Of a stretch of 64,000 bases of DNA, positions 39,684-53,837 are shown in pieces. Positions within the stretch are counted from its first letter, which is position 1; each line of letters opens with the position of its first letter. Location of the stretch: NCBI RefSeq assembly GCF_009914755.1, contig NC_060946.1. One strand, 5' to 3'. Source of the DNA: the human T2T-CHM13v2.0 reference genome, Homo sapiens. The notes under the pieces are model-generated. The model ran no database searches and had not been told where the DNA came from. It worked only from the letters and a program-made list of their open reading frames with translations. The position numbers and the translations under genes were made by a program.

Positions 39684-41749
39684 CTAGGATGTGCCTAAAT
39701 TAACTTTTTGACATAACCATGTACTGATCATCCAGGTGATGGAGCTTTTGTCTAGGCTCTTCCTAAGGGGGCATTGTGACATATTTCTGCATTGATCACC
39801 CAGGTGGCGAACTCTTCTCTCTGATCTGCCTATGGGGGCATTGTGAGAAATCTCTGCACTGATCACCCAGGTGATGTAACTGTTGTGTAACCTCTGACTA
39901 CAGGGGAATTGTGAGAGATCTCGTCACTCATTACCCAAGTGATGTAACCATTTTCTAGGCTTTGCGTATAGGGGGCTTTGTGACATACCTTTGCACTGAT
40001 CACCCAGGTGATGTAACACATCTAAGTTCGGCCTAAAGGAGCTTTGTGACATATCTCTGCTCTGATCACTTAGGTGATGTAACACTTTTATAATCACTGC
40101 CTACAGGGAATTTTGACAAATCTCTGCACTGATCACCTAGGTGATGTAACTCTTGTCTACCCTCTGTCCAACGGGGCATTGTGAAATATCTCTGCACTGA
40201 TCACCCAGGTGATTCAACTCTTGACTAGGGACTGCCGATAGAGGTTATTGTGAAATATCTCTGCACTGATAAACTAGGTGGTGTAACCCTTGTCCACGCT
40301 CGGCCTACAGGGGCGTTTCCACATATCCCTGAACTGATGACAAAGGTGATGTAACTCTTGCCTAGGCTTTGCCTGCAGGGAACATTGGACATATATCTGC
40401 ACTGATCACCCAGGTGATGCAACTCTTGCCTAGGCTTTGCCTACAGGGGCATTGTGACATATCTCTTCAATGATCACTCATGTGATGTATCTCTTGCCTA
40501 GGCTTTGCCTACAGGGGACATTGTGACATATCTCTGCACTGATCTCCCAGGTGCTGTAACTTTAGTCTAGGCTCTGGCTACACGGCATTGTGACCTACCT
40601 CTGCACTGATCACCCAGGTGATATAACTCTTCTCTAGGATCTGCCTACAGGGTACTTTGTGACATATCCCTGCACTGATCACCCAGGTGATTTAACTCTG
40701 GTCTAAGCTCTCCCTAAGGGGCATTGTGACAGATCTCTGCACTGATCACTCTGGTGATGTAAGTATTGTCTAGGCTCTGCTTCAAGGGGCCTTGTCACAT
40801 ATCTCTGCACTGATCACCCAGGTGATGTAACTCTTGTCTAGGCTCTGCTTCCAGGGCATATTGTGACATATCTATGCACTGATCACCTTAGTGATGTAAC
40901 ACTTTGGTAGGCTCGGCCTACAGGGGAATCTTGACATATCTCTGCACTGTTAACCGAGGTGATTTAACTCTTGTCTAGGCTGTGCCCACAGGGGGATTGA
41001 GACATATCTCTGCACTGATCCCGAGGTGATACAAGTCTTGCCTGGTCTCTGCCTACTGTGGACATTGGGACATATCTCTGCACTGATCTCCCAGGTGCTA
41101 AAACTTTAGTCTAGGCTCTGGCTACACGGCATTGTGACATATCACTGCACTGATCACCCAGGCGATATAACTCTTCTCTAGGATCTGACCACAGGGTGCT
41201 TTGTGACATATCCCTGCAATGATCACCCAGGTGATATACCACTTGCCAAGGCTCTGCCTACAGGGGCATTGCAATGTATCTCTGCACTGATCACCTAGGT
41301 CTTGTAGCTATTTTCTGGGATCTGCCTACAGGGTGCTTTGTGACGTGTCCCAGCAAGGATTACCCAGGTGATGTACCTCTCATCAAGGCTCTGCCTACAG
41401 GCACATTGTGATGTATCTCTGCACTGATCACCTCGGTCATGTAACTTTTTTCTAGGCTCTACCTACGATGGCATTGTGACATATCTCTGCACTAATCATC
41501 CAAGTGATGTAACTCTTGTCTAGGATGTGCCTAAATTAACTTTTTGACATAACCCTGTACTGATCATCCAGGTGATGGAGCTTTTGTCTAGGCTCTGCCT
41601 AAGGGGGCATTGTGACATATTTCTGCATTGATCACCCAGGTGACGAACTCTTCTCTCGGATCTGCCTATGGGGGCATTGTGAGAAATCTCTGCACTGACC
41701 ACCCAGGTGATGTAACTGTTGTGTAACCTCTGCCTACAGGGGAATTGTG

Positions 41750-44700
41750 AGAGATCTCGTCACTGATTACCCAAGTGATGTAACCATTGTCTAGGCTTTG
41801 CGTACAGGGGGCTTTGTGACATACCTTTGCACTGATCACCCAGGTGATGTAACACATCTAAGTTAGGCCTAAAGGAGCTTTGTGACATATCTCTGCACTG
41901 ATCACTTAGTTGATGTAACACTTTTATAATCACTGCCTACAGGGAATTTTGACAAATCTCTGCACTGATCACCTAGGTGTTGTAACTCTTGTCTACCCTC
42001 TGTCCAACGGGGCATTGTGAAATATCTCTGCACTGATCACCCAGGTGATTCAACTCTTGAGTAGGATCTGCCTACAGAGGTTATTGTGAAATATCTCTGC
42101 ACTGATAAACTAGGTGGTGTAACCCTTGTCCAAGCTCTGCCTACAGGGTCGTTTCCACATATCCCTGAACTGATGACAAAGGTGATGTAACTCTTGCCTA
42201 GGCTTTGCCTACAGGGAACATTGGACATATATCTACACTGATCACCCAGGTGATGCAACTCTTGCTTAGGCTTTGCCTACAGGGGACAGCGTGACATATC
42301 TCTTCAATGATCACTCATGTGATGCATCTCTTGCCTAGGCTTTGCCTACAGGGGACATTGTGACATATCTCTGCACTGATCTCCCAGGTGCTGTAACTTT
42401 AGTCTAGGCTCTGGCTACACGGCATTGTGACCTACCTCTGCACTGATCACCCAGGTGATATAACTCTTCTCTAGGATCTGCCTACAGGGTACTTTGTGAC
42501 ATATCCCTGCACTGATCACCCAGGTGATCTAACTCTGGTCTAAGCTCTGCCTAAAGGGGCATTGTGACAGATCTCTGCACTGATCACTCTGGTGATGTAA
42601 GTATTGTCTAGGCTCTGCTTCAAGGGGCCTTGTCACATATCTCTGCACTGATCACCCAGGTGATGTAACTCTTATCTAGGCTCTGCTTCCAGGGCATATT
42701 GTGACATATCTATGCACTGATCACCTTAGTGATGTAACACTTTGGTAGGCTCGGCCTACAGGGGAATCTTGACATATCTCTGCACTGTTAACCGAGGTGA
42801 TTTAACTCTTGTCTAGGCTGTGCCCACAGGGGGATTGAGACATATCTCTGCACTGATCCCGAGGTGATACAAGTCTTGCCTGGTCTCTGCCTACTGTGGA
42901 CATTGGGACATATCTCTGCACTGATCTCCCAGGTGCTGTAACTTTAGTCTAGGCTCTGGCTACACGGCATTGTGACATATCACTGCACTGATCACCCAGG
43001 CGATATAACTCTTCTCTAGGATCTGACCACAGGGTGCTTTGTGACATATCCCTGCAATGATCACCCAGGTGATATACCACTTGCCAAGGCTCTGCCTACA
43101 GGGGCATTGTAATGTATCTCTGCACTGATCACCTAGGTCTTGTAGCTATTTTCTAGGATCTGCCTACAGGGTTCTTTGTGACGTGTCCCAGCAAGGATTA
43201 CCCAGGTGATGTACCTCTCATCAAGGCTCTGCCTACAGGCACATTGTGATGTATCTCTGCACTGATCACCTCGGTCATGTAACTTTTTTCTAGGCTCTAC
43301 CTACGATGGCATTGTGACATATCTCTGCACTAATCATCCAAGTCATGTAACTCTTGTCTAGGATGTGCCTAAATTAACCTTTTGACATAACCGTGTACTG
43401 ATCATCCAGGTGATGGAGCTTTTGTCTAGGCTCTGCCTAAGGGGGCATTGTGACATATTTCTGCATTGATCACCGAGGTGGCGAACTCTTCTCTCGGATC
43501 TGCCTATGGGGGCATTGTGAGAAATCTCTGCACTGATCACCCAGGTGATGTAACTGTTGTATAACCTCTGCCTAAAGGGGAATTGTGAGAGATCTCGTCA
43601 CTCATTACCCAAGTGATGTAACCATTGTCTAGTCTTTGCGTACAGGGGGCTTTGTGACATACCTTTGCACTGATCACCCAGGTGATGTAACACATCTAAG
43701 TTCGGCCTAAAGGAGCTTTGTGACATATCTCTGCACTGATCACTTAGGTGATGTAACACTTTTATAATCACTGCCTACAGGGAATTTTGACAAATCTCTG
43801 CACTGATCACCTAGTTGATGTAACTCTTGTCTACCCTCTGTCCAACGGGGCATTGTGAAATATCTCTGCACTGATCACCCAGGTGATTCAACTCTTGACT
43901 AGGAACTGCCTACAGAGGTTATTGTGAAATATCTCTGCACTGATAAACTAGGTGGTGTAACCCTTGTCCAAGCTCTGCCTACAGGGGCGTTTCCACATAT
44001 CCCTGAACTGATGACAAAGGTGATGTAACTCTTGCCTAGGCTTTGCCTACAGGGAACATTGGACATATATCTGCACTGATCACCCAGGTGATGCAACTCT
44101 TGCCTAGGCTTTGCCTACAGGGGACATTGTGACATATCTCTTCAATGATCACTCATGTGATGTATCTCTTGCCTAGGCTTTGCCTACAGGGGACATTGTG
44201 ACATATCTTTGCACTGATCTCCCAGGTGCTGTAACTTTAGTCTAGGCTCTGGCTACACGGCATTGTGACCTACCTCTGCACTGATCACCCAGGTGATATA
44301 ACTCTTCTCTAGGATCTGCCTACAGGGTACTTTGTGACATATCCCTGCACTGATCACCCAGGTGATCTAACTCTGGTCTAAGCTCTGCCTAAAGGGGCAT
44401 TGTGACAGATCTCTGCACTGATAACTCTGGTGATGTAAGTATTGTCTAGGCTCTGCTTCAAGGGGCCTTGTCACATATCTCTGCACTGATCACCCAGGTG
44501 ATGTAACTCTTGTCTAGGCTCTGCTTCCAGGGCATATTGTGACATATCTATGCACTGATCACCTTAGTGATGTAACACTTTGGTAGGCTCGGCCTACAGG
44601 GGAATCTTGACATATCTCTGCACTGTTAACCGAGGTGATTTAACTCTTGTCTAGGCTGTGCCCACAGGGGGATTGAGACATATCTCTGCACTGATCCCGA

Positions 44701-47700
44701 GGTGATACAACTCTTGCCTGGTCTCTGCCTACTGTGGACATTGGGACATATCTCTGCACTGATCTCCCAGGTGCTGTAACTTTAGTCTAGGCTCTGGCTA
44801 CACGGCATTGTGACATATCACTGCACTGATCACCCAGGCGATATAACTCTTCTCTAGGATCTGACCACAGGGTGCTTTGTGACATATCCCTGCAATGATC
44901 ACCCAGGTGATATACCACTTGCCAAGGCTCTGCCTACAGGGGCATTGCAATGTATCTCTGCACTGATCACCTAGGTCTTGTAGCTATTTTCTAGGATCTG
45001 CCTACAGGGTGCTTTGTGACGTGTCCCAGCAAGGATTACCCAGGTGATGTACCTCTCATCAAGGCTCTGCCTACAGGCACATTGTGATGTATCTCTGCAC
45101 TGATCACCTCGGTCATGTAACTTTTTTCTAGGCTCTACCTACGATGGCATTGTGACATATCTCTGCACTAATCATCCAAGTGATGTAACTCTTGTCTAGG
45201 ATGTGCCTAAATTAACTTTTTGACATAACCCTGTACTGATCATCCAGGTGATGGAGCTTTTGTCTAGGCTCTGCCTAAGGGGGCATTGTGACATATTTCT
45301 GCATTGATCACCCAGGTGGCGAACTCTTCTCTCGGATCTGCCTATGGGGGCATTGTGAGAAATCTCTGCACTGATCACCCAGGTGATGTAACTGTTGTGT
45401 AACCTCTGCCTACAGGGGAATTGTGAGAGATCTCGTCACTGATTACCCAAGTGATGTAACCAATGTCTAGGCTTTGCGTACAGGGGGCTTTGTTACATAC
45501 CTTTGCACTGATCACCCAGGTGATGTAACACATCTAAGTTCGGCCTTAAGGAGCTTTGTGACATATCTCTGCACTGATAACTTAGGTGATGTAACACTTT
45601 TATAATCACTGCCTACAGGGAATTTTGACAAATCTCTGCACTGATCACCTAGGTGATGTAACTCTTGTCTACCCTCTGTCCAACGGGGCATTGTGAAATA
45701 TCTCTGCACTGATCACCCAGGTGATTCAACTCTTGACTAGGAACTGCCTAGAGAGGTTATTGTGAAATATCTCTGCACTGATAAACCAGGGGGTGTAACA
45801 CTTGTCCAAGCTCTGCCTACAGGGTCGTTTCCACATATCCCTGAACTGATGACAAAGGTGATGTAACTCTTGCCTAGGCTTTTCTTACAGGGAACATTGG
45901 ACATATATCTGCACTGATCACCCAGGTGATCTTACTCTGGTCTAAGCTCTGCCTAAAGGGGCATTGTGACAGATCTCTGCACTGATCACTCTGGTGATGT
46001 AAGTATTGTCTAGGCTCTGCTTCAAGGGGCCTTGTCACATATCTCTGCAGTGATCACCCAGGTGATGTAACTCTTGTCTAGGCTCTGCTTCCAGGGCATA
46101 TTGTGACATATCTATGCACTGATCACCTTAGTGATGTAACACTTTGGTAGGCTCGGCCTACAGGGGAATCTTGACATATCTCTGCACTGTTAACCGAGGT
46201 GATTTAACTCTTGTCTAGGCTGTGCCCACAGGGGGATTGAGACATATCTCTGCACTGATCCCGAGGTGATACAACTCTTGCCTGGTCTCTGCCTACTGTG
46301 GACATTGTGACATATCTCTGCACTGATCTCCCAGGTGCTGAAACTTTAGTCTAGGCTCTGACTACACGGCATTGTGACATATCACTGCACTGAACACCCA
46401 GGCGATATAACTCTTCTCTAGGATCTGACCACAGGGTGCTTTGTGACATATCCCTGCAATGATAACCCAGGTGATATACCACTTGCCAAGGCTCTGCATA
46501 CAGGGGCATTGCAATGTATCTCTGCACTGATCACCTAGGTCTTGTAGCTATTTTCTAGGATCTGCCTACAGGGTTCTTTGTGACGTGTCCCAGCAAGGAT
46601 TACCCAGGTGATGTACCTCTCATCAAGGCTCTGCCTACAGGCACATTGTGATGTATCTCTGCACTGATCACCTCGGTCATGTAACTTTTTTCTAGGCTCT
46701 ACCTACGATGGCATTGTGACATATCTCTGCACTAATCATCCAAGTGATGTAACTCTTGTCTAGGATGTGCCTAAATTAACTTTTTGACATAACCCTGTAC
46801 TGATCATCCAGGTGATGGAACTTTTGTCTAGGCTCTGCCTAAGGGGGCATTGTGACATATTTCTGCATTGATCTCCCAGGTGGCGAACTCTTCTCTCGGA
46901 TCTGCCTATGGGGGCATTGTGAGAAATCTCTGCACTGATCACCCAGGTGATGTAACTGTTGTGTAACCTCTGCCTACAGGGGAATTGTGAGAGATCTCGT
47001 CACTCATTACCGAAGTGATGTAACCATTGCCTAGGCTTTGCGTACAGGGGGCTTTGTGACATACCTTTGCACTGATCACCCAGGTGATGTAACACATCTA
47101 AGTTCGGCCTAAAGGAGCTTTGTGACATATCTCTGCACTGATCACTTAGGTGATGTAACACTTTTATAATCACTGCCTACAGGGAATTTTGACAAATCTG
47201 TACACTGATCACCTAGGTGATGTAACTATTGTCTACCCTCTGTCCAACGGGGCATTGTGAAATATCTCTGCACTGATCACCCAGGTGATTCAACTCTTGA
47301 CTAGGAACTGCCTACAGAGGTTATTGTGAATTATCTCTGCACTGATAAACTAGGTGGTGTAACCCTTGTCCAAGCTCTGCCTACAGGGGCGTTTCCACAT
47401 ATCCCTGAACTGATGACAAAGGTGATGTAACTCTTGCCTAGGCTTTGCCTACAGGGAACATTGGACATATATCTGCACTGATCACCCAGGTGATGCAACT
47501 CTTGCCTAGGCTTTGCCTACAGGGGACATTGTGACATATCTCTTCAATGATCACTCATGTGATGCATCTCTTGCCTAGGCTTTGCCTACAGGGGACATTG
47601 TGACATATCTCTGCACTGATCTCCCAGGTGCTGTAACTTTAGTCTAGGCTCTGGCTACACGGCATTGTGACCTACCTCTGCACTGATCACCCAGGTGATA

Positions 47701-50700
47701 TAACTCTTCTCTAGGATGTGCCTACAGGGTACTTTTTGACATATCCCTGCACTGATGACCCAGGTGATCTAACTCTGGTCTAAGCTCTGCCTAAAGGGGC
47801 ATTGTGACAGATCTCTGCACTGATCACTCTGGTGATGTAAGTATTGTCTAGGCTCTGCTTCAAGGGGCCTTGTCACATATCTCTGCACTGATCACCCAGG
47901 TGAAGTAACTCTTGTCTAGGCTCTGCTTCCAGGGCATATTGTGAGATATCTATGCACTGATCACCTTAGTGATGTAACACTTTGGTAGGCTCGGCCTACA
48001 GGGGAATCTTGACATATCTCTGCACTGTTAACCGAGGTGATTTAACTCTTGTCTAGGCTGTGCCCACAGGGGGATTGAGACATATCTCTGCACTGATCCC
48101 GTGGTGATACAACTCTTGCCTGGTCTCTGCCTACTGTGGACATTGTGACATATCTCTGCACTGATCTCCCAGGTGCTGTAACTTTACTCTAGGCTCTGGC
48201 TGCACGGCATTGTGACATATCACTGCACTGATCACCCAGGCGATATAACTCTTCTCTAGGATCTGACCACAGGGTGCTTTGTGACATATCCCTGCAATGA
48301 TCACCCAGGTGATATACCACTTGCCAAGGCTCTGCCTACAGGGGCATTGCAATGTATCTCTGCACTGATCACCTAGGTCTTGTAGCTAATTTCTAGGATC
48401 TGCCTACAGGGTGCTTTGTGACGTGTCCCAGCAAGGATTACCCAGGTGATGTACCTCTCATCAAGGCTCTGCCTACAGGCACATTGTGATGTATCTCTGC
48501 ACTGATCACCTCGGTCATGTAACTTTTTTCTAGGCTCTACCTACGATGGCATTGTGACATATGTCTGCACTAATCATCCAAGTGATGTAACTCTTGTCTA
48601 GGATGTGCCTAAATTAACTTTTTGACATAACCCTGTACTGATCATCCAGGTGATGGAGCTTTTGTCTAGGCTCTGCCTAAGGGGACATTGTGACATATTT
48701 CTGCATTGATCACCCAGGTGGCGAACTCTTCTCTCGGATCTGCCTATGGGGGCATTGTGAGAAATCTCTCCACTGATCACACAGGTGATGTAACTGTTGT
48801 GTAACCTCTGCCTACAGGGGAATTGTGAGAGATCTCGTCACTGATTACCCAAGTGATGTAACCATTGTCTAGGCTTTGCGTACAGGGGGCTTTGTGACAT
48901 ACCTTTGCACTGATCACCCAGGTGATGTAACACATCTAAGTTAGGCCTAAAGGAGCTTTGTGACATATCTCTGCACTGATCACTTAGTTGATGTAACACT
49001 TTTATAATCACTGCCTACAGGGAATTTTGACAAATCTCTGCACTGATCACCTAGGTGTTGTAACTCTTGTCTACCCTCTGTCCAACGGGGCATTGTGAAA
49101 TATCTCTGCACTGATCACCCAGGTGATTCAACTCTTGAGTAGGATCTGCCTACAGAGGTTATTGTGAAATATCTCTGCACTGATAAACTAGGTGGTGTAA
49201 CCCTTGTCCAAGCTCTGCCTACAGGGTCGTTTCCACATATCCCTGAACTGATGACAAAGGTGATGTAACTCTTGCCTAGGCTTTGCCTACAGGGAACATT
49301 GGACATATATCTACACTGATCACCCAGGTGATGCAACTCTTGCTTAGGCTTTGCCTACAGGGGACAGCGTGACATATCTCTTCAATGATCACTCATGTGA
49401 TGCATCTCTTGCCTAGGCTTTGCCTACAGGGGACATTGTGACATATCTCTGCACTGATCTCCCAGGTGCTGTAACTTTAGTCTAGGCTCTGGCTACACGG
49501 CATTGTGACCTACCTCTGCACTGATCACCCAGGTGATATAACTCTTCTCTAGGATCTGCCTACAGGGTACTTTGTGACATATCCCTGCACTGATCACCCA
49601 GGTGATCTAACTCTGGTCTAAGCTCTGCCTAAAGGGGCATTGTGACAGATCTCTGCACTGATCACTCTGGTGATGTAAGTATTGTCTAGGCTCTGCTTCA
49701 AGGGGCCTTGTCACATATCTCTGCACTGATCACCCAGGTGATGTAACTCTTATCTAGGCTCTGCTTCCAGGGCATATTGTGACATATCTATGCACTGATC
49801 ACCTTAGTGATGTAACACTTTGGTAGGCTCGGCCTACAGGGGAATCTTGACATATCTCTGCACTGTTAACCGAGGTGATTTAACTCTTGTCTAGGCTGTG
49901 CCCACAGGGGGATTGAGACATATCTCTGCACTGATCCCGAGGTGATACAAGTCTTGCCTGGTCTCTGCCTACTGTGGACATTGGGACATATCTCTGCACT
50001 GATCTCCCAGGTGCTGTAACTTTAGTCTAGGCTCTGGCTACACGGCATTGTGACATATCACTGCACTGATCACCCAGGCGATATAACTCTTCTCTAGGAT
50101 CTGACCACAGGGTGCTTTGTGACATATCCCTGCAATGATCACCCAGGTGATATACCACTTGCCAAGGCTCTGCCTACAGGGGCATTGTAATGTATCTCTG
50201 CACTGATCACCTAGGTCTTGTAGCTATTTTCTAGGATCTGCCTACAGGGTTCTTTGTGACGTGTCCCAGCAAGGATTACCCAGGTGATGTACCTCTCATC
50301 AAGGCTCTGCCTACAGGCACATTGTGATGTATCTCTGCACTGATCACCTCGGTCATGTAACTTTTTTCTAGGCTCTACCTACGATGGCATTGTGACATAT
50401 CTCTGCACTAATCATCCAAGTCATGTAACTCTTGTCTAGGATGTGCCTAAATTAACCTTTTGACATAACCGTGTACTGATCATCCAGGTGATGGAGCTTT
50501 TGTCTAGGCTCTGCCTAAGGGGGCATTGTGACATATTTCTGCATTGATCACCGAGGTGGCGAACTCTTCTCTCGGATCTGCCTATGGGGGCATTGTGAGA
50601 AATCTCTGCACTGATCACCCAGGTGATGTAACTGTTGTATAACCTCTGCCTAAAGGGGAATTGTGAGAGATCTCGTCACTCATTACCCAAGTGATGTAAC

Positions 50701-53700
50701 CATTGTCTAGTCTTTGCGTACAGGGGGCTTTGTGACATACCTTTGCACTGATCACCCAGGTGATGTAACACATCTAAGTTCGGCCTAAAGGAGCTTTGTG
50801 ACATATCTCTGCACTGATCACTTAGGTGATGTAACACTTTTATAATCACTGCCTACAGGGAATTTTGACAAATCTCTGCACTGATCACCTAGTTGATGTA
50901 ACTCTTGTCTACCCTCTGTCCAACGGGGCATTGTGAAATATCTCTGCACTGATCACCCAGGTGATTCAACTCTTGACTAGGAACTGCCTACAGAGGTTAT
51001 TGTGAAATATCTCTGCACTGATAAACTAGGTGGTGTAACCCTTGTCCAAGCTCTGCCTACAGGGGCGTTTCCACATATCCCTGAACTGATGACAAAGGTG
51101 ATGTAACTCTTGCCTAGGCTTTGCCTACAGGGAACATTGGACATATATCTGCACTGATCACCCAGGTGATGCAACTCTTGCCTAGGCTTTGCCTACAGGG
51201 GACATTGTGACATATCTCTTCAATGATCACTCATGTGATGTATCTCTTGCCTAGGCTTTGCCTACAGGGGACATTGTGACATATCTCTGCACTGATCTCC
51301 CAGGTGCTGTAACTTTAGTCTAGGCTCTGGCTACACGGCATTGTGACCTACCTCTGCACTGATCACCCAGGTGATATAACTCTTCTCTAGGATCTGCCTA
51401 CAGGGTACTTTGTGACATATCCCTGCACTGATCACCCAGGTGATCTAACTCTGGTCTAAGCTCTGCCTAAAGGGGCATTGTGACAGATCTCTGCACTGAT
51501 AACTCTGGTGATGTAAGTATTGTCTAGGCTCTGCTTCAAGGGGCCTTGTCACATATCTCTGCACTGATCACCCAGGTGATGTAACTCTTGTCTAGGCTCT
51601 GCTTCCAGGGCATATTGTGACATATCTATGCACTGATCACCTTAGTGATGTAACACTTTGGTAGGCTCGGCCTACAGGGGAATCTTGACATATCTCTGCA
51701 CTGTTAACCGAGGTGATTTAACTCTTGTCTAGGCTGTGCCCACAGGGGGATTGAGACATATCTCTGCACTGATCCCGAGGTGATACAACTCTTGCCTGGT
51801 CTCTGCCTACTGTGGACATTGGGACATATCTCTGCACTGATCTCCCAGGTGCTGTAACTTTAGTCTAGGCTCTGGCTACACGGCATTGTGACATATCACT
51901 GCACTGATCACCCAGGCGATATAACTCTTCTCTAGGATCTGACCACAGGGTGCTTTGTGACATATCCCTGCAATGATCACCCAGGTGATATACCACTTGC
52001 CAAGGCTCTGCCTACAGGGGCATTGCAATGTATCTCTGCACTGATCACCTAGGTCTTGTAGCTATTTTCTAGGATCTGCCTACAGGGTGCTTTGTGACGT
52101 GTCCCAGCAAGGATTACCCAGGTGATGTACCTCTCATCAAGGCTCTGCCTACAGGCACATTGTGATGTATCTCTGCACTGATCACCTCGGTCATGTAACT
52201 TTTTTCTAGGCTCTACCTACGATGGCATTGTGACATATCTCTGCACTAATCATCCAAGTGATGTAACTCTTGTCTAGGATGTGCCTAAATTAACTTTTTG
52301 ACATAACCCTGTACTGATCATCCAGGTGATGGAGCTTTTGTCTAGGCTCTGCCTAAGGGGGCATTGTGACATATTTCTGCATTGATCACCCAGGTGGCGA
52401 ACTCTTCTCTCGGATCTGCCTATGGGGGCATTGTGAGAAATCTCTGCACTGATCACCCAGGTGATGTAACTGTTGTGTAACCTCTGCCTACAGGGGAATT
52501 GTGAGAGATCTCGTCACTGATTACCCAAGTGATGTAACCAATGTCTAGGCTTTGCGTACAGGGGGCTTTGTTACATACCTTTGCACTGATCACCCAGGTG
52601 ATGTAACACATCTAAGTTCGGCCTTAAGGAGCTTTGTGACATATCTCTGCACTGATAACTTAGGTGATGTAACACTTTTATAATCACTGCCTACAGGGAA
52701 TTTTGACAAATCTCTGCACTGATCACCTAGGTGATGTAACTCTTGTCTACCCTCTGTCCAACGGGGCATTGTGAAATATCTCTGCACTGATCACCCAGGT
52801 GATTCAACTCTTGACTAGGAACTGCCTAGAGAGGTTATTGTGAAATATCTCTGCACTGATAAACCAGGGGGTGTAACACTTGTCCAAGCTCTGCCTACAG
52901 GGTCGTTTCCACATATCCCTGAACTGATGACAAAGGTGATGTAACTCTTGCCTAGGCTTTTCTTACAGGGAACATTGGACATATATCTGCACTGATCACC
53001 CAGGTGATCTTACTCTGGTCTAAGCTCTGCCTAAAGGGGCATTGTGACAGATCTCTGCACTGATCACTCTGGTGATGTAAGTATTGTCTAGGCTCTGCTT
53101 CAAGGGGCCTTGTCACATATCTCTGCAGTGATCACCCAGGTGATGTAACTCTTGTCTAGGCTCTGCTTCCAGGGCATATTGTGACATATCTATGCACTGA
53201 TCACCTTAGTGATGTAACACTTTGGTAGGCTCGGCCTACAGGGGAATCTTGACATATCTCTGCACTGTTAACTGAGGTGATTTAACTCTTGTCTAGGCTG
53301 TGCCCACAGGGGGATTGAGACATATCTCTGCACTGATCCCGAGGTGATACAACTCTTGCCTGGTCTCTGCCTACTGTGGACATTGTGACATATCTCTGCA
53401 CTGATCTCCCAGGTGCTGAAACTTTAGTCTAGGCTCTGACTACACGGCATTGTGACATATCACTGCACTGAACACCCAGGCGATATAACTCTTCTCTAGG
53501 ATCTGACCACAGGGTGCTTTGTGACATATCACTGCAATGATCACCCAGGTGATATACCACTTGCCAAGGCTCTGCATACAGGGGCATTGCAATGTATCTC
53601 TGCACTGATCACCTAGGTCTTGTAGCTATTTTCTAGGATCTGCCTACAGGGTTCTTTGTGACGTGTCCCAGCAAGGATTACCCAGGTGATGTACCTCTCA

Positions 53701-53750
53701 TCAAGGCTCTGCCTACAGGCACATTGTGATGTATCTCTGCACTGATCACC
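41750..53750. repeat. 7078-bp offset duplication (about 41.75-46.65 kb repeated at about 48.8-53.75 kb)
   Basis: Variant-bearing ORFs recur at +7078: 42037/49115, 43358/50436, 45512/52590; also 29721/36799. Confidence 0.85.
45196..46759. repeat. 23-mer deletion HOR variant (subtype E copy)
   Basis: 1564-bp spacing; junction at about 45909. Confidence 0.9.
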
Positions 53751-53837
53751 TCGGTCATGTAACTTTTTTCTAGGCTCTACCTACGATGGCATTGTGACAT
53801 ATGTCTGCACTAATCATCCAAGTGATGTAACTCTTGT
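52274..53837. repeat. 23-mer deletion HOR variant (subtype E copy)
   Basis: 1564-bp spacing; junction at about 52987. Confidence 0.9.

Larger units (their letters stand above)
25200..49800. repeat. 12,316-bp tandem duplication of seven HOR units (about 25.2-37.5 kb and 37.5-49.8 kb)
   Basis: Variant-bearing ORFs recur at exactly +12316: 25579/37895, 27368/39684, 27909/40225, 29350/41666, 33196/45512, 35815/48131, 36799/49115. Confidence 0.9.
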
